Part shown: positions 10,485 to 19,716 of the stretch, one piece after another
Layout of the letters: every line of letters starts with the position of its first letter
Numbering within the stretch: position 1 is the first letter of the stretch
DNA from: an uncultured Gemmatimonadales bacterium
Lineage (GTDB): Bacteria; Gemmatimonadota; Gemmatimonadetes; Gemmatimonadales; Gemmatimonadaceae
Direction of reading: 5' to 3'
Assembly: GCA_963851265.1 (NCBI GenBank)
Contig: CAWKNZ010000002.1
Coordinates: 128,001 to 192,000 of the forward strand
DNA: 64,000 bases
The notes under the pieces: model-generated
Told to the model about the DNA's origin: nothing
Database searches by the model: none
What the model saw: the letters and a program-made list of their open reading frames with translations, nothing else
Program-made: the position numbers and the translations under genes

Positions 10485-11702
10485 CTACGGTTGTGTCACG
10501 TCGGCGCCCGCCACCTCGGGCTGCGTCACGCGGGCGGCGAACTGCAGGGCGAGCGCGGTCGCGACCCGCTCGCCCACCCCGCCCGGCACCGCGTCGAACC
10601 CGTGCTCCGCCCACGGAAGCTCCACGTACGCCACCGCATCACCGGCGGCCGCGAGCGCGCGCGCCAACGCGCGCCCGAACCGCGCCTCGACGAGGTGGTC
10701 GTGCCCGCCGTAGACGAGCAGCGTCGGCGGCAGCCCCGCGCGCACGTGGGCGAGCGGAGACGCGTCGCGATACCGCGCGCCCACGTCGGCCGGGGTTCCG
10801 CCGAGGAAGTCGCGAAGCACGGCGCGCGCGTCGATCGGGTCGGGGTGGGGCGGGTGCGCGTAGCCCTCCGCCAGGTCGACCGGCCCGTAGTAGTCAATGA
10901 CGCCGCGGAGCGGTGGTGCGCCCGGCGCACTGTCGGTCCACGCCGTGAGCATGGCGAGGTGCGCGCCCGACGACCGCCCCCAGAGCACGATCCGGGCACG
11001 GTCGACGCCCCACGCCGCGGCCGAATCGCGGACGAGGGCGAGGCCGCGGGCGGCGTCGTCGCGCTGCGCGGGGTAGCGGTGCAGGGGCGCGTGGCGGTAG
11101 TCGAGCGCGACCACGGTGTAGCCCGATGCGGCGAGCTGGCGGTCGAGCGCGGCGGACTGGCCCGCGTCGCCGCCGCGCCACGCCCCGCCGTACAGGACGA
11201 CGAGCGTCGGCCGCGCGCCGGCGCTCGCCGATCGGTAGAGCCGCGCGGCGAGCGGCGTGCCGTCGACCGCGGCGTAGTGGACGACACGCCCGCGACGGGC
11301 GTCCGCCGGCGCCGGGCTCCCGACGTGCGCGCGTTCGCCGGTCGCGGGGGGCGGGACGCGCAACGCCGCGATCGCGGCCGCGCCCGCGCGTGCGGCCGCG
11401 AGGCCTTGGAGCCAGGGCACGACGGCGACCGCGCCGGCGACGAGGGCCACGGCCGCGAGGCCCGGCCGCCGGGGTCGCGTCGCGAGCGCGACCGCGGCGA
11501 GGACGACGGCGGTCGCGGCGACGAGCGGCGACACCTCGCCCGCGAGCACCACCGGCCCGAGCAGCACGCGAAGGAAGGGCGGCACGAGCCGCGCTGCCGC
11601 GAGGACGGCGACCAGTACGACGAGTGCGCGCAGGACGGGGCGCGCCGCCGGTCGGCCGCCGCGGGACCTATCGTCGTGAGGCATCGACGCCGGCCGGCTC
11701 AC
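10485..11702 (-). CDS. Membrane-anchored alpha/beta hydrolase (HSL-type esterase)
   Basis: YGGAW oxyanion motif, GRSSG nucleophile, EHGFD; N-terminal TM helices. Confidence 0.85.
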   Translation of the reverse strand: MSRPASMPHDDRSRGGRPAARPVLRALVVLVAVLAAARLVPPFLRVLLGPVVLAGEVSPLVAATAVVLAAVALATRPRRPGLAAVALVAGAVAVVPWLQGLAAARAGAAAIAALRVPPPATGERAHVGSPAPADARRGRVVHYAAVDGTPLAARLYRSASAGARPTLVVLYGGAWRGGDAGQSAALDRQLAASGYTVVALDYRHAPLHRYPAQRDDAARGLALVRDSAAAWGVDRARIVLWGRSSGAHLAMLTAWTDSAPGAPPLRGVIDYYGPVDLAEGYAHPPHPDPIDARAVLRDFLGGTPADVGARYRDASPLAHVRAGLPPTLLVYGGHDHLVEARFGRALARALAAAGDAVAYVELPWAEHGFDAVPGGVGERVATALALQFAARVTQPEVAGADVTQP

Positions 11703-12115
11703 GCCGGCGCGGCCAGCTCCTTCCAGTCGACGCGTCGCGCCCGCTGGTCCGATGGCACCCGCGGCGAGGGCGCCCTCGCCGCGGTCGGCCGCATCGCCGG
11801 CGGCCCGCTGGCCGCCGAGGGTGTGGGGGGCGCCGCCACCACGCGCAGCGCGGCGGCCCAGCAGGCCCGCTCGACGGTCTCCGCGTCGGGGTCGCCCTCG
11901 TGCGCCACGCGTACGGCGCGGGCGATGGCGTGCAGTTCGCGGACGCTCGCGGCGGCGGCGGCGCGCGCGAGGTAGTGCTCGACGACGACTCGGTCCACAG
12001 AACCTCCGGGTGCGGGGGGCGTGGGCAACGACGGCGGCACGGCATGCGTTCGGACGTCCGGCCGCGGGGCGGCCGGCTCGAGCGGTCCAGCGACTTCGGT
12101 AGCATCATACACCAA
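11699..12115 (-). CDS. Hypothetical protein
   Basis: ORF fills the gap and its stop overlaps the hydrolase start (GTGA); no recognised motif; start uncertain. Confidence 0.45.
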   Translation of the reverse strand: MVYDATEVAGPLEPAAPRPDVRTHAVPPSLPTPPAPGGSVDRVVVEHYLARAAAAASVRELHAIARAVRVAHEGDPDAETVERACWAAALRVVAAPPTPSAASGPPAMRPTAARAPSPRVPSDQRARRVDWKELAAPA

Positions 12116-12203
12116 CCGCCCGCGTTATGGACGAGTCCGGGCGATCCGCGTCGCGCGCGGGGGCACTCCGGCGCGCGGACGTGACCAACTCGTGACCCGC
12201 GCG

Positions 12204-12704
12204 ATGCTCCTCCTGCTGTTCGCCCTCGTCCTGCTCGGCGCCGTCGCGCTGATCCCGCTCGGTCTGCCCGGCACGTGGCTGATGATCGCCGCGGCGTTCG
12301 GCTACAACGCGCTCGCCGCGTCCACGCCGGGCGCCGGCCGCGTCGCGACCGCGTCGCTCATCGGCACCTGCGCGCTCGCGCTCGCGGCCGAGGTGCTGGA
12401 GTTCGTCGTCGGCGCGCGCGCGGCGAAGCGCTACGGCGGGTCGCGCCGCGCGGGGTGGGGGGCGATGTTAGGCGCGCTGGCGGGCGCGGTGGCCGGCGTG
12501 CCGGTGCCGGTCGTCGGCTCGGTGGTCGGTGCGCTGGCCGGGGCGTTCGCCGGGGCGTTCGTCGCGGAGATGACGCTCCGCCGCGGCGCGGGGACGGCCG
12601 CCCGCGTCGCGACGGGCGCGCTCGTCGGCCGCGCCCTCGCCGCGGCGGTCAAGACCGGCGTCGGCGTCGTGATCGCCGTCTGGCTGCTGTTCGCCGCGCG
12701 GTGA
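12204..12704 (+). CDS. DUF456 family membrane protein
   Basis: LPGTWL, AKRYGGSRRAGWGA, GAFAGAF-E Gly-rich TM pattern. Confidence 0.85.
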   Translation: MLLLLFALVLLGAVALIPLGLPGTWLMIAAAFGYNALAASTPGAGRVATASLIGTCALALAAEVLEFVVGARAAKRYGGSRRAGWGAMLGALAGAVAGVPVPVVGSVVGALAGAFAGAFVAEMTLRRGAGTAARVATGALVGRALAAAVKTGVGVVIAVWLLFAAR

Positions 12705-12742
12705 GCCGGCGGGCGCCGCGTTAGGCGTGCCGCGTCCGCCGG

Positions 12743-13519
12743 TCAGGGCGCGACCGCGCGCTCCGCGTACGCGCCCAGCCGTTCGACGAGCCGCCGCAGC
12801 TCGCGCTCGCGCCGGCGCGCCAGCGCGCCGTAGATGCCGCGGCTGAGCGCGTAGCTCCCGCCGACGAGCGCGCCGACGAGGCCGACGACGGGGAGCGCGG
12901 CGTGGAACGCGCCGACCCCGATCGCGATCGCCGGCGCGGTGAGCCCGCCGCCGAATCCGCCCATCACCCCGCCGAATACCCCGCCCGCCGTCGGCGTCAG
13001 ATCTTCCTCGGCGCGGATCGTCGTCTGCCCGCCGCGCGTGGTGAGCGTGACGAACACGCGACGCCCCGACATCCGGTTCCCGTACTGCGTGGGCGTCGGA
13101 CTCCAGGTCACCGTGCGGCCGAGCGTGCTCACGACGCCGGGCTCGCTGAACGTGCGGCGCACCTCCTCGACGAGCGCCTCCAGATCGTCCCCGGAGACCT
13201 GGCCGTCGACGACGCGCTCGACATGGATGCGCGTTGCCTCGCCGAGAAAGCGCGACGGCGTGACGCCCGGCGACGCCGTCGCGAGGTCGGTGGCGGCACG
13301 GCGGACGAGCGCCGGATCGAGCCCTGCCTCGCGCGCGATCTCTTCGAGGTCGGCGAGCGAGGTCCCGGTTGCCGTGGGCTCATCGGCCTGCAGCTCGGCC
13401 GCGCGCCGCAGGATGAGCGCGACCTCCTGGTCGTCGTAGCGGCGCAGGCTCGCGGCGTTCGACCCGGTCCGCGGGGGGTCGGGCGCGGGCCGGCCGGTCG
13501 GTCGGTCGGAAGCGGGCAT
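12743..13519 (-). CDS. Hypothetical membrane protein
   Basis: YDDQEVALILRRAAELQ...LEEIAREAGLD N-terminal motif; two C-terminal TM helices. Confidence 0.7.
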   Translation of the reverse strand: MPASDRPTGRPAPDPPRTGSNAASLRRYDDQEVALILRRAAELQADEPTATGTSLADLEEIAREAGLDPALVRRAATDLATASPGVTPSRFLGEATRIHVERVVDGQVSGDDLEALVEEVRRTFSEPGVVSTLGRTVTWSPTPTQYGNRMSGRRVFVTLTTRGGQTTIRAEEDLTPTAGGVFGGVMGGFGGGLTAPAIAIGVGAFHAALPVVGLVGALVGGSYALSRGIYGALARRRERELRRLVERLGAYAERAVAP

Positions 13520-13561
13520 GCGCGGAAGCTACCGACGACCCCGACGCTACGTTCCTTCGTC

Positions 13562-13789
13562 ATGCCGCGCCCCCGTCGATTCGAGCCCTCCACCGTGTTG
13601 AGCTGGATCGCCATCGTCGTCGCCGTCGCCGCGCTGCTGGCCGAAGGCTTCGGGCTCCGCGATGCCGGGCAACGACTGCGCGCGCAGGAAGCGCGGGAGG
13701 CGCGGGACGCGGCGCCACGGCCGGATGGACGAGTCCCGCCCCGGCGGTCCGACCCGACGAACGTTCCCCCTACCCAGGCGACCCCGTGA
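13562..13789 (+). CDS. Small single-TM hypothetical protein
   Basis: MPRPRRFEPSTVLSWIAIVVAVAALLAEG; stop overlaps the next GTG. Confidence 0.5.
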   Translation: MPRPRRFEPSTVLSWIAIVVAVAALLAEGFGLRDAGQRLRAQEAREARDAAPRPDGRVPPRRSDPTNVPPTQATP

Positions 13790-14013
13790 CCCAACGCGCA
13801 CCCGAGCCGTTCACCCGTCCGCCGTTCACCCACCCCCGCGTCCGGGATCTGGCCGCGTTCCTGGACGACAGGGAGGGGCGGGCGACGGGGCTGCTGGCCG
13901 GGGCGATGGACGAGGCGCGGGCGTCGGGCGCGACCGAGTCGGAAACGTCGAGCGTGCGGCCGCGGCTCGACACGGTGCGGATCGAACGCCCGGACCCGGC
14001 GGGTACGGCATGA
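13786..14013 (+). pseudogene. Probable DinB-family gene remnant
   Basis: HPRVRDLAAFLD and ETSSV segments resemble DinB-like proteins as I recall them, but the ORF is only 75 aa and lacks the His-bearing helices. Confidence 0.4.
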
Positions 14014-14375
14014 GCGCCGCCACGGCCGACCTCACCTTCCGCGAGCTGCTCGACTACACGGCGGAGGAGACCGCGCGCTGGGCCGAGTACTGCGCGGCGC
14101 ACCCGCAGGCGCTCGACTTCCCGTTCGCGGCCGGGCGCGACGCGCGTGCGCGCCTCGAACGCTTCGTCGAGACGGCGAGCGACGACGACCTCGCGCGCCG
14201 TCTCACGTTCGAGACGATCAGCGCCGGCACCCAGAGCGCGAGCGCGCGCAAGATCGTCGGGCACGCGCTGCTCCACGCCGTGCGCACGTGGGCACAGCTC
14301 GCCACCGTGGTGCGGCAGCACGGCGCGCCGACCCGCGGCCGACACGATCTACTGCTCTCGGACGCGCTGGTCTGA
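14010..14375 (+). CDS. DinB-family protein, short and possibly internally deleted
   Basis: C-terminal GHALLHAVRTWAQLATVVRQHG DinB motif; 121 aa; ATGA overlap with the upstream ORF. Confidence 0.65.
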   Translation: MSAATADLTFRELLDYTAEETARWAEYCAAHPQALDFPFAAGRDARARLERFVETASDDDLARRLTFETISAGTQSASARKIVGHALLHAVRTWAQLATVVRQHGAPTRGRHDLLLSDALV

Positions 14376-14464
14376 CGCGCCCGTCTGCCGCCCCGATCTG
14401 CGGCACCTCGGGCGCGCCGGGCCGGGCGCGCGGGGGGCTCGGCGCTCGTCGTTAGCTTCCGGGG

Positions 14465-15268
14465 ATGCCGCCCGCCCCGCTCCCCACGCCCGCCGCCCTC
14501 TGGTTCGTTCGCCACGGCGAGAGCGCCGCCAACGTCGCCCGCGAGGCCGCGTTCGCCCGCGACGCGGAGGAGGTGGACATGGACGTGCGGGACATGGACG
14601 TTCCGCTCTCCCCGCTCGGCGAGCGGCAGGCGACCGCGCTCGGGCACTGGTTCGCCGAGCGGCCCGAGGCCGAGCGGCCGACCGTCGTCATCGCCTCGCC
14701 GTACCGCCGCGCGCGCGAGACGGCGGCGCGCATCGTCGCGGCCGGCGGGACCGCGACCGGCCCGCTCGCCGACGACGAGCACGCCGAAGACCGCCTCCTC
14801 CTCGACGAGCGGTTCCGCGAGAAGGAGCTCGGCCTGTATTACCGGATCACCTACCGCGGCGTGCAGCGCCGCTTTCCCGAGCAGTGGGCGCTGCGGCAGG
14901 AACTCGGGCTGTTCTACTACCGGCCGCCGAACGGCGAGAGCGGCGCCGACGTCGCGTTCCGCGTTCGCGCCGGGCTGGACGCGGTAGCGCGCGAGCACGC
15001 CGGCGCGCGCGTGCTCGTCGTCTGCCACCAGGTCACCATCCTCTGCGGGCGCTACGTGCTCGAGCGCATGACCGAGGACGAATTGCACCGGGCGTGGCGC
15101 GCCTACGACCTCGCCAACTGCTCGGTGACCGAGTACCGGCCGGACGCCGCGCACGGCGGGCGCCTCGCGCTTCGCCGGCTCGGGTTCACCGTGCCCGTGC
15201 TGTCGGAGGGGGTGCCGGTGACCGCCGAGCCGCACCCGACGGGCGGCGCGCCCGTCGGCCCCGCGTGA
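14465..15268 (+). CDS. Histidine phosphatase (phosphoglycerate mutase family)
   Basis: VRHGES, ASPYRRARET, PNGES, VVCHQ. Confidence 0.9.
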   Translation: MPPAPLPTPAALWFVRHGESAANVAREAAFARDAEEVDMDVRDMDVPLSPLGERQATALGHWFAERPEAERPTVVIASPYRRARETAARIVAAGGTATGPLADDEHAEDRLLLDERFREKELGLYYRITYRGVQRRFPEQWALRQELGLFYYRPPNGESGADVAFRVRAGLDAVAREHAGARVLVVCHQVTILCGRYVLERMTEDELHRAWRAYDLANCSVTEYRPDAAHGGRLALRRLGFTVPVLSEGVPVTAEPHPTGGAPVGPA

Positions 15269-15291
15269 GTCGCGCGTGAGTCGCGCGTGAG
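15262..15291 (+). repeat. 11-bp tandem repeat, about 2.7 copies
   Basis: CGCGTGAGTCG CGCGTGAGTCG CGCGTGAG. Confidence 0.8.
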
Positions 15292-15295
15292 CCAC

Positions 15296-15877
15296 ATGAG
15301 CCGCACGCGGTTCGCGCTCCCGCAACTCGCGCTCGTCGCGGGCACCGTCGTGCTCACGATCGCGTTGGGCGCGTGGCAGGAGCGACGCCGCGGCGGGTCC
15401 GACGACGGTTCGGCCGCGGACGCGCGGGCTCTCACGCTGGAAGCAGGGCCCGGCGCGGGGATCGTCGCGCTCCCGGTGCGCGCGGCGGACGGTCGCTCGG
15501 TCGCGCTCACCCGGCTGGGCGTGCCCGCGGTCGTGATGGTGGTCTCGACGACGTGCGGCGTGTGCAAGGAAGCGCTCGCCGACTTCGGGCGGACCGCCGC
15601 CGGACGCGCGCTGCCCCGACTCTACGTGCTCACGCTGGAGGGAGCGGGCGAGGGGCCCGCGCTCACGGCGCGGGCGGGGGTGCGCGGGGCGGCGTACGTC
15701 GGGCCGGCGAGCCCAGCGTCCGAGATCTACTTCACCACCGCGATCGCCGGAACGCCGACGTTCGTCGCCCTCGACTCGGCCGGGCACGCGACGCGCGTGC
15801 TGCCGGGCTACCCGGGACTCGGCGCGATGCGCGGCTGGATGGCGGTGATGGACGGGACGCGAGCGGTGGTGGACTGA
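15296..15877 (+). CDS. Membrane-anchored thioredoxin-like (TlpA-type) protein
   Basis: N-terminal TM helix; CGVC motif; GTPTF cis-Pro loop. Confidence 0.75.
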   Translation: MSRTRFALPQLALVAGTVVLTIALGAWQERRRGGSDDGSAADARALTLEAGPGAGIVALPVRAADGRSVALTRLGVPAVVMVVSTTCGVCKEALADFGRTAAGRALPRLYVLTLEGAGEGPALTARAGVRGAAYVGPASPASEIYFTTAIAGTPTFVALDSAGHATRVLPGYPGLGAMRGWMAVMDGTRAVVD

Positions 15878-15929
15878 GGTGGTGGGTGAGCGCCCATGGG
15901 GGGCGCGCGGTTACGTCGAACTCCTTGTC

Positions 15930-17705
15930 ATGTCATCGTTTCGTCTGACCTCGGTGGCGGCTGCGGCCGTCCTGTTCGCGGCGTGTGCGCCAGCCCGCAC
16001 GCCGTCTACCACGCCGGCGCCGGTCGCCGCCCCCGCCTCCCCGCCCGTCGCGACCGCGCCGCCCCCGCCCGCGCCGGTCGCTCCCCCCGCGCGCGGGGGG
16101 GCCGATACCCTGGCCGGGCCGCCTGTCGACTGGCAGCTGCTCGACCCGGCGACCGACGGCGTGCCCGGCACCGGGGCCGCGCGGGCCATTCGTGAACTGC
16201 TGCGCGGGGCGGCCCCGCGACGCGAGGTCGTGGTGGCGGTCATCGACGGCGGCGTCGACACGGCGCACGTCGCCCTGCGGGGCGTGCTCTGGACGAACCC
16301 GCGCGAGCGCGACGCCGCGCACGGCGACGCCGACGGCGACGGACTCGTGGGCGACGTGCACGGGTGGAACTTCATCGGCGGCCCGGACGGACGCGACGTC
16401 AACCACGAGCGTCTGGAGCTCACGCGGCTGGCGATCGCGTGTCGCGCGGGCCGCCCGGTGCCGTCGGGGCCCGGGGTGAACGCGACGTGTACGGAGTTGG
16501 AGCGGCGCTACGACGACGCCCGGCGGCGCGCGGCGGCGCAACGGCAGCAGTACGAGGCCATCGGTCAGGCCTTCGACAGCGCGGCGTCCGTGATCGCCGC
16601 CGCGCTCCACACCGCGCCCGACTCGCTCACCGCCGCGCGCGTGCACGCCTACGCCCCGACCACCGAGGCCGGCCGCCAGGCCAAGACGCAGTACCTCTTC
16701 CTCGCCGACCAGGGTGTGACGCCGACCGACCTGCGCGAGGCGCGGCAGCAGGTGGCCGACCAGGCGCGTTACGACCTCAACCCGGACTTCGACCCGCGCC
16801 CGCTCGTCGGCGACACGCCCGCCCGCGGGCGCCGCTACGGGAACGGCGACGTCGAGGGGCCCGACCCGACGCACGCGACGCACGTGGCGGGGATCATCGC
16901 CGCGCTGCCCGTCGCGCCACGCGCCGCGGGCCCGGCGACGACGCCGTCGACCGGGGGGGCGGCCAAGGGCGACGCGCCCCAGGGCCCGGCCGTCGCCGCC
17001 GACAGCGGCATGCGCGGGATCGCGCCCGCGGGCGCGGTCCGCATCATGTCGGTGCGCACCGTGCCTAACGGAGACGAGCGCGACAAGGACGTCGCCAACG
17101 CGATCCGCTACGCCGTGGACCACGGCGCGCAGATCCTCAACATGAGCTTCGGCAAGGCGTACTCGCCCGAGAAGGCGGCCGTGGACAGCGCGGTGCGCTA
17201 CGCCGACGCGCACGGCGTCCTGATGGTGCACGCGGCGGGCAACGAGGCGGCCGACAACGACCGCGACGGCCAGTACCCGGTGCCCCAGTACGTGGGCGGC
17301 GGGCGCGCCGCGAACTGGATCGAGGTCGGCGCGTCGACCTACCGGCGCGACCGGCTGGCCGCGCGCTTCTCGGACTACGGGCAGCGCACGGTCGACCTGT
17401 TCGCGCCCGGCGGCGAGGTGTATTCCACACTTCCCGGTAACAAATACGGTCGCGAGAGCGGGACGAGCATGGCCACGCCCACCGTGGCCGGGGTCGCGGC
17501 ACTGCTCATGGCGTACTTCCCCACGCTCACGGCGGCCGACGTGAAGCGGATCCTCGTCGCGACCACGACGAAGTTCCCGGGCCTGACGGTGCCGCGCCCC
17601 GGCGACGGGACCCCGGTGCCGTTCGCCTCGCTCTCGATCGCGGGCGGCGTGGTGAACGCGTACGAGGCGGTGCGCATGGCGCAGCAGGCGGCGACGGCGC
17701 AGTAG
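15930..17705 (+). CDS. S8 subtilisin-family serine peptidase, lipoprotein
   Basis: VIDGG, HATHVAG, AAGN, GTSMATP; lipobox FAAC. Confidence 0.93.
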   Translation: MSSFRLTSVAAAAVLFAACAPARTPSTTPAPVAAPASPPVATAPPPPAPVAPPARGGADTLAGPPVDWQLLDPATDGVPGTGAARAIRELLRGAAPRREVVVAVIDGGVDTAHVALRGVLWTNPRERDAAHGDADGDGLVGDVHGWNFIGGPDGRDVNHERLELTRLAIACRAGRPVPSGPGVNATCTELERRYDDARRRAAAQRQQYEAIGQAFDSAASVIAAALHTAPDSLTAARVHAYAPTTEAGRQAKTQYLFLADQGVTPTDLREARQQVADQARYDLNPDFDPRPLVGDTPARGRRYGNGDVEGPDPTHATHVAGIIAALPVAPRAAGPATTPSTGGAAKGDAPQGPAVAADSGMRGIAPAGAVRIMSVRTVPNGDERDKDVANAIRYAVDHGAQILNMSFGKAYSPEKAAVDSAVRYADAHGVLMVHAAGNEAADNDRDGQYPVPQYVGGGRAANWIEVGASTYRRDRLAARFSDYGQRTVDLFAPGGEVYSTLPGNKYGRESGTSMATPTVAGVAALLMAYFPTLTAADVKRILVATTTKFPGLTVPRPGDGTPVPFASLSIAGGVVNAYEAVRMAQQAATAQ

Positions 17706-17846
17706 GGCGGAGCCGCCCGCCGCCCGACGTGGCTGCGCGACGTGGCCGCATGCGAGAGAGCCGTACGTCCGCGTCGACGCGCGGTCCCCACGTCCCGGGG
17801 ATCCGACGCGTCGCGCGGACCGCTCGGGTCGCGTGCGCGTTAGGCG

Positions 17847-18131
17847 CTACGCACGGAACGCGATGACGATCGAGGCGGCCGCGAGCACCAGGGCGACGCC
17901 GATGAGCACGCGCTGCGCCAGCGGGTGACGGACGCCGGTCAGCCCGCCCACCGCCATGCACAGCAGCCCGGCCGGCAGCACCCACCCGTACGGATGCGGG
18001 CGCGAGAACCGCACCGAGTGCGACAGGAACAGGCCCAGGTCCACGATCGCGATCACGAGCAAGGCCCAGTAGAGCGGGCGCAGCTGGCGGGCCTGTGTGG
18101 CGCGCGACTCGGCGGTGGTGGGAGACGTCAT
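17847..18131 (-). CDS. Small 3-TM hypothetical protein
   Basis: Three hydrophobic segments in 94 aa. Confidence 0.6.
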   Translation of the reverse strand: MTSPTTAESRATQARQLRPLYWALLVIAIVDLGLFLSHSVRFSRPHPYGWVLPAGLLCMAVGGLTGVRHPLAQRVLIGVALVLAAASIVIAFRA

Positions 18132-18204
18132 GGGGCGGGAAGGGGGCGGGAGAATGGGTGGCGGGCACCGAACGCGGAGCGCGCGTGCGACCGCCCATGA
18201 AATG

Positions 18205-19716
18205 TCACCTGGTGCGCTCGAAATCCACCCACCCGCGCGCCGGGTCCACCGCGACGAGCCGCACGCTCGTCGCGTCGCCCACGTCCAGCCCCGCCGCCCC
18301 GTGCACCACCCGTCCCTCGACCGGCGGCGACGCGACGCGTACGTACGTCCCGTTCGACTTCGCCCCGGTGACCACCGCGCGGAACGTCTCGCCCACCCGC
18401 CCGGCCAGCAGCGCCGCCGCGGCCTGCTTGCGCGTCAGCCGCTCCACCTTGCGCGCGGCGTTCTCGCGCTCCGTGCAGCGGGCCGCGATCGCGGTCAGTG
18501 CGTCGTCCGCGTAGGGCCGATCGCCGCCCGCGCCCGCCGCGCGCGCGAGCATGTACTTGACCAGCCGTTGCGTGACGAGGTCGGCGTAGCGTCGGTTGGG
18601 TGCGGTGCCGTGCGTGTAATCCTGCGCGGCGAGCCCGAAGTGGTTGAGCGTCGTGTCGCCCGGCTGCTCGACGGCGTACTCGCCCGGGCCCAACAGCTTG
18701 ACCACCGCGAGCGAGAGCTCGCCGTACGCCTCCGGGTGCGCCGCGCGCTGGCGCCCGAGGAACGCCGAGAGCGCGGCGGGGTCGGCCGCGTCGGGGAGCG
18801 CGTCGCCGCGCGCGCGGGCGAGCGCGACGATCCGGTCCCACCGCTCGGGGATGCGCACCACGCGCCGGATCGACACCACGCCCGCCGCCTCCAGCCGCTC
18901 CGCGACGACGCTGTTCGCCGCCACCATGAAGTCCTCGATGAGGTCGCGCGCGCGCGACTTCGGCGTGACCGTGAGGCCGGTGACGGTCCCGCCCTGCACC
19001 ACCGGGCGCGCCTCGATCGTTTCGAGCTGCAGCGCACCGCGCGCGACGCGCTGCGTGCGGAGCCGCCGCGCGGTCGCGTCCTGCAGCCGAAGCTGCGCGT
19101 CCATGCGCGGCACGCGCGCGACCGCGTCCGGCGCGCCCGCGCCCCCCTCGAGCCACGGGCCTAACGAATCGTAGGCCAGCCGCGCGTGGTTGACGGTGCG
19201 GGCGAGGTACACGTCGCCGTCCGCCACCGAGCCGTCCTCGGCCGCGACGAATTCGACCACGAGCGTCGCGCGGTCCGCGTCGGCGTTGAGCGACGTGCGG
19301 TCGGTCGAGAGCGCCTCGGGAAGCATCGGGAACGTGACGAGCCCCGTGTAGACGCTCGTCGTGTTCACCCCGGCGTGCCGGTCGAGCGCCGAGTCGCGCG
19401 GAACGAGCGCGTCGACGTCCGCGATCCCGACGCGCACCCGCACCCGGCCGTCGGGGAGCGACTCGGCCACCTCCACCTGGTCGAGGTCGCGCGACGACGC
19501 GTCGTCGATCGACGACCAGGGCAGCGCGCGCAGGTCGCGCACCGGGATCCCCGCGAGCGGCGCGACCCCGCCCGGGTTGGGGCGCCCCGCTTCGATCGCG
19601 GCCAGCTCCGCGCGCGCCGCGTCGTCGAGGTCGGGAACGAAGCCCGCGTCGAGCGCCGCGGCCCGTGCGGCGGCGCGCAGGTCGAACCCCGCGTGCCCGG
19701 GCGCGCCCGCGGCCAT
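18205..19716 (-). CDS. RNB-domain exoribonuclease (short RNase II/R family)
   Basis: SIDDASSRDLDQ, IEDFMVAAN, HFGLA..YTHGTAPNRRYADL; ATG overlaps the upstream TGA. Confidence 0.92.
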   Translation of the reverse strand: MAAGAPGHAGFDLRAAARAAALDAGFVPDLDDAARAELAAIEAGRPNPGGVAPLAGIPVRDLRALPWSSIDDASSRDLDQVEVAESLPDGRVRVRVGIADVDALVPRDSALDRHAGVNTTSVYTGLVTFPMLPEALSTDRTSLNADADRATLVVEFVAAEDGSVADGDVYLARTVNHARLAYDSLGPWLEGGAGAPDAVARVPRMDAQLRLQDATARRLRTQRVARGALQLETIEARPVVQGGTVTGLTVTPKSRARDLIEDFMVAANSVVAERLEAAGVVSIRRVVRIPERWDRIVALARARGDALPDAADPAALSAFLGRQRAAHPEAYGELSLAVVKLLGPGEYAVEQPGDTTLNHFGLAAQDYTHGTAPNRRYADLVTQRLVKYMLARAAGAGGDRPYADDALTAIAARCTERENAARKVERLTRKQAAAALLAGRVGETFRAVVTGAKSNGTYVRVASPPVEGRVVHGAAGLDVGDATSVRLVAVDPARGWVDFERTR

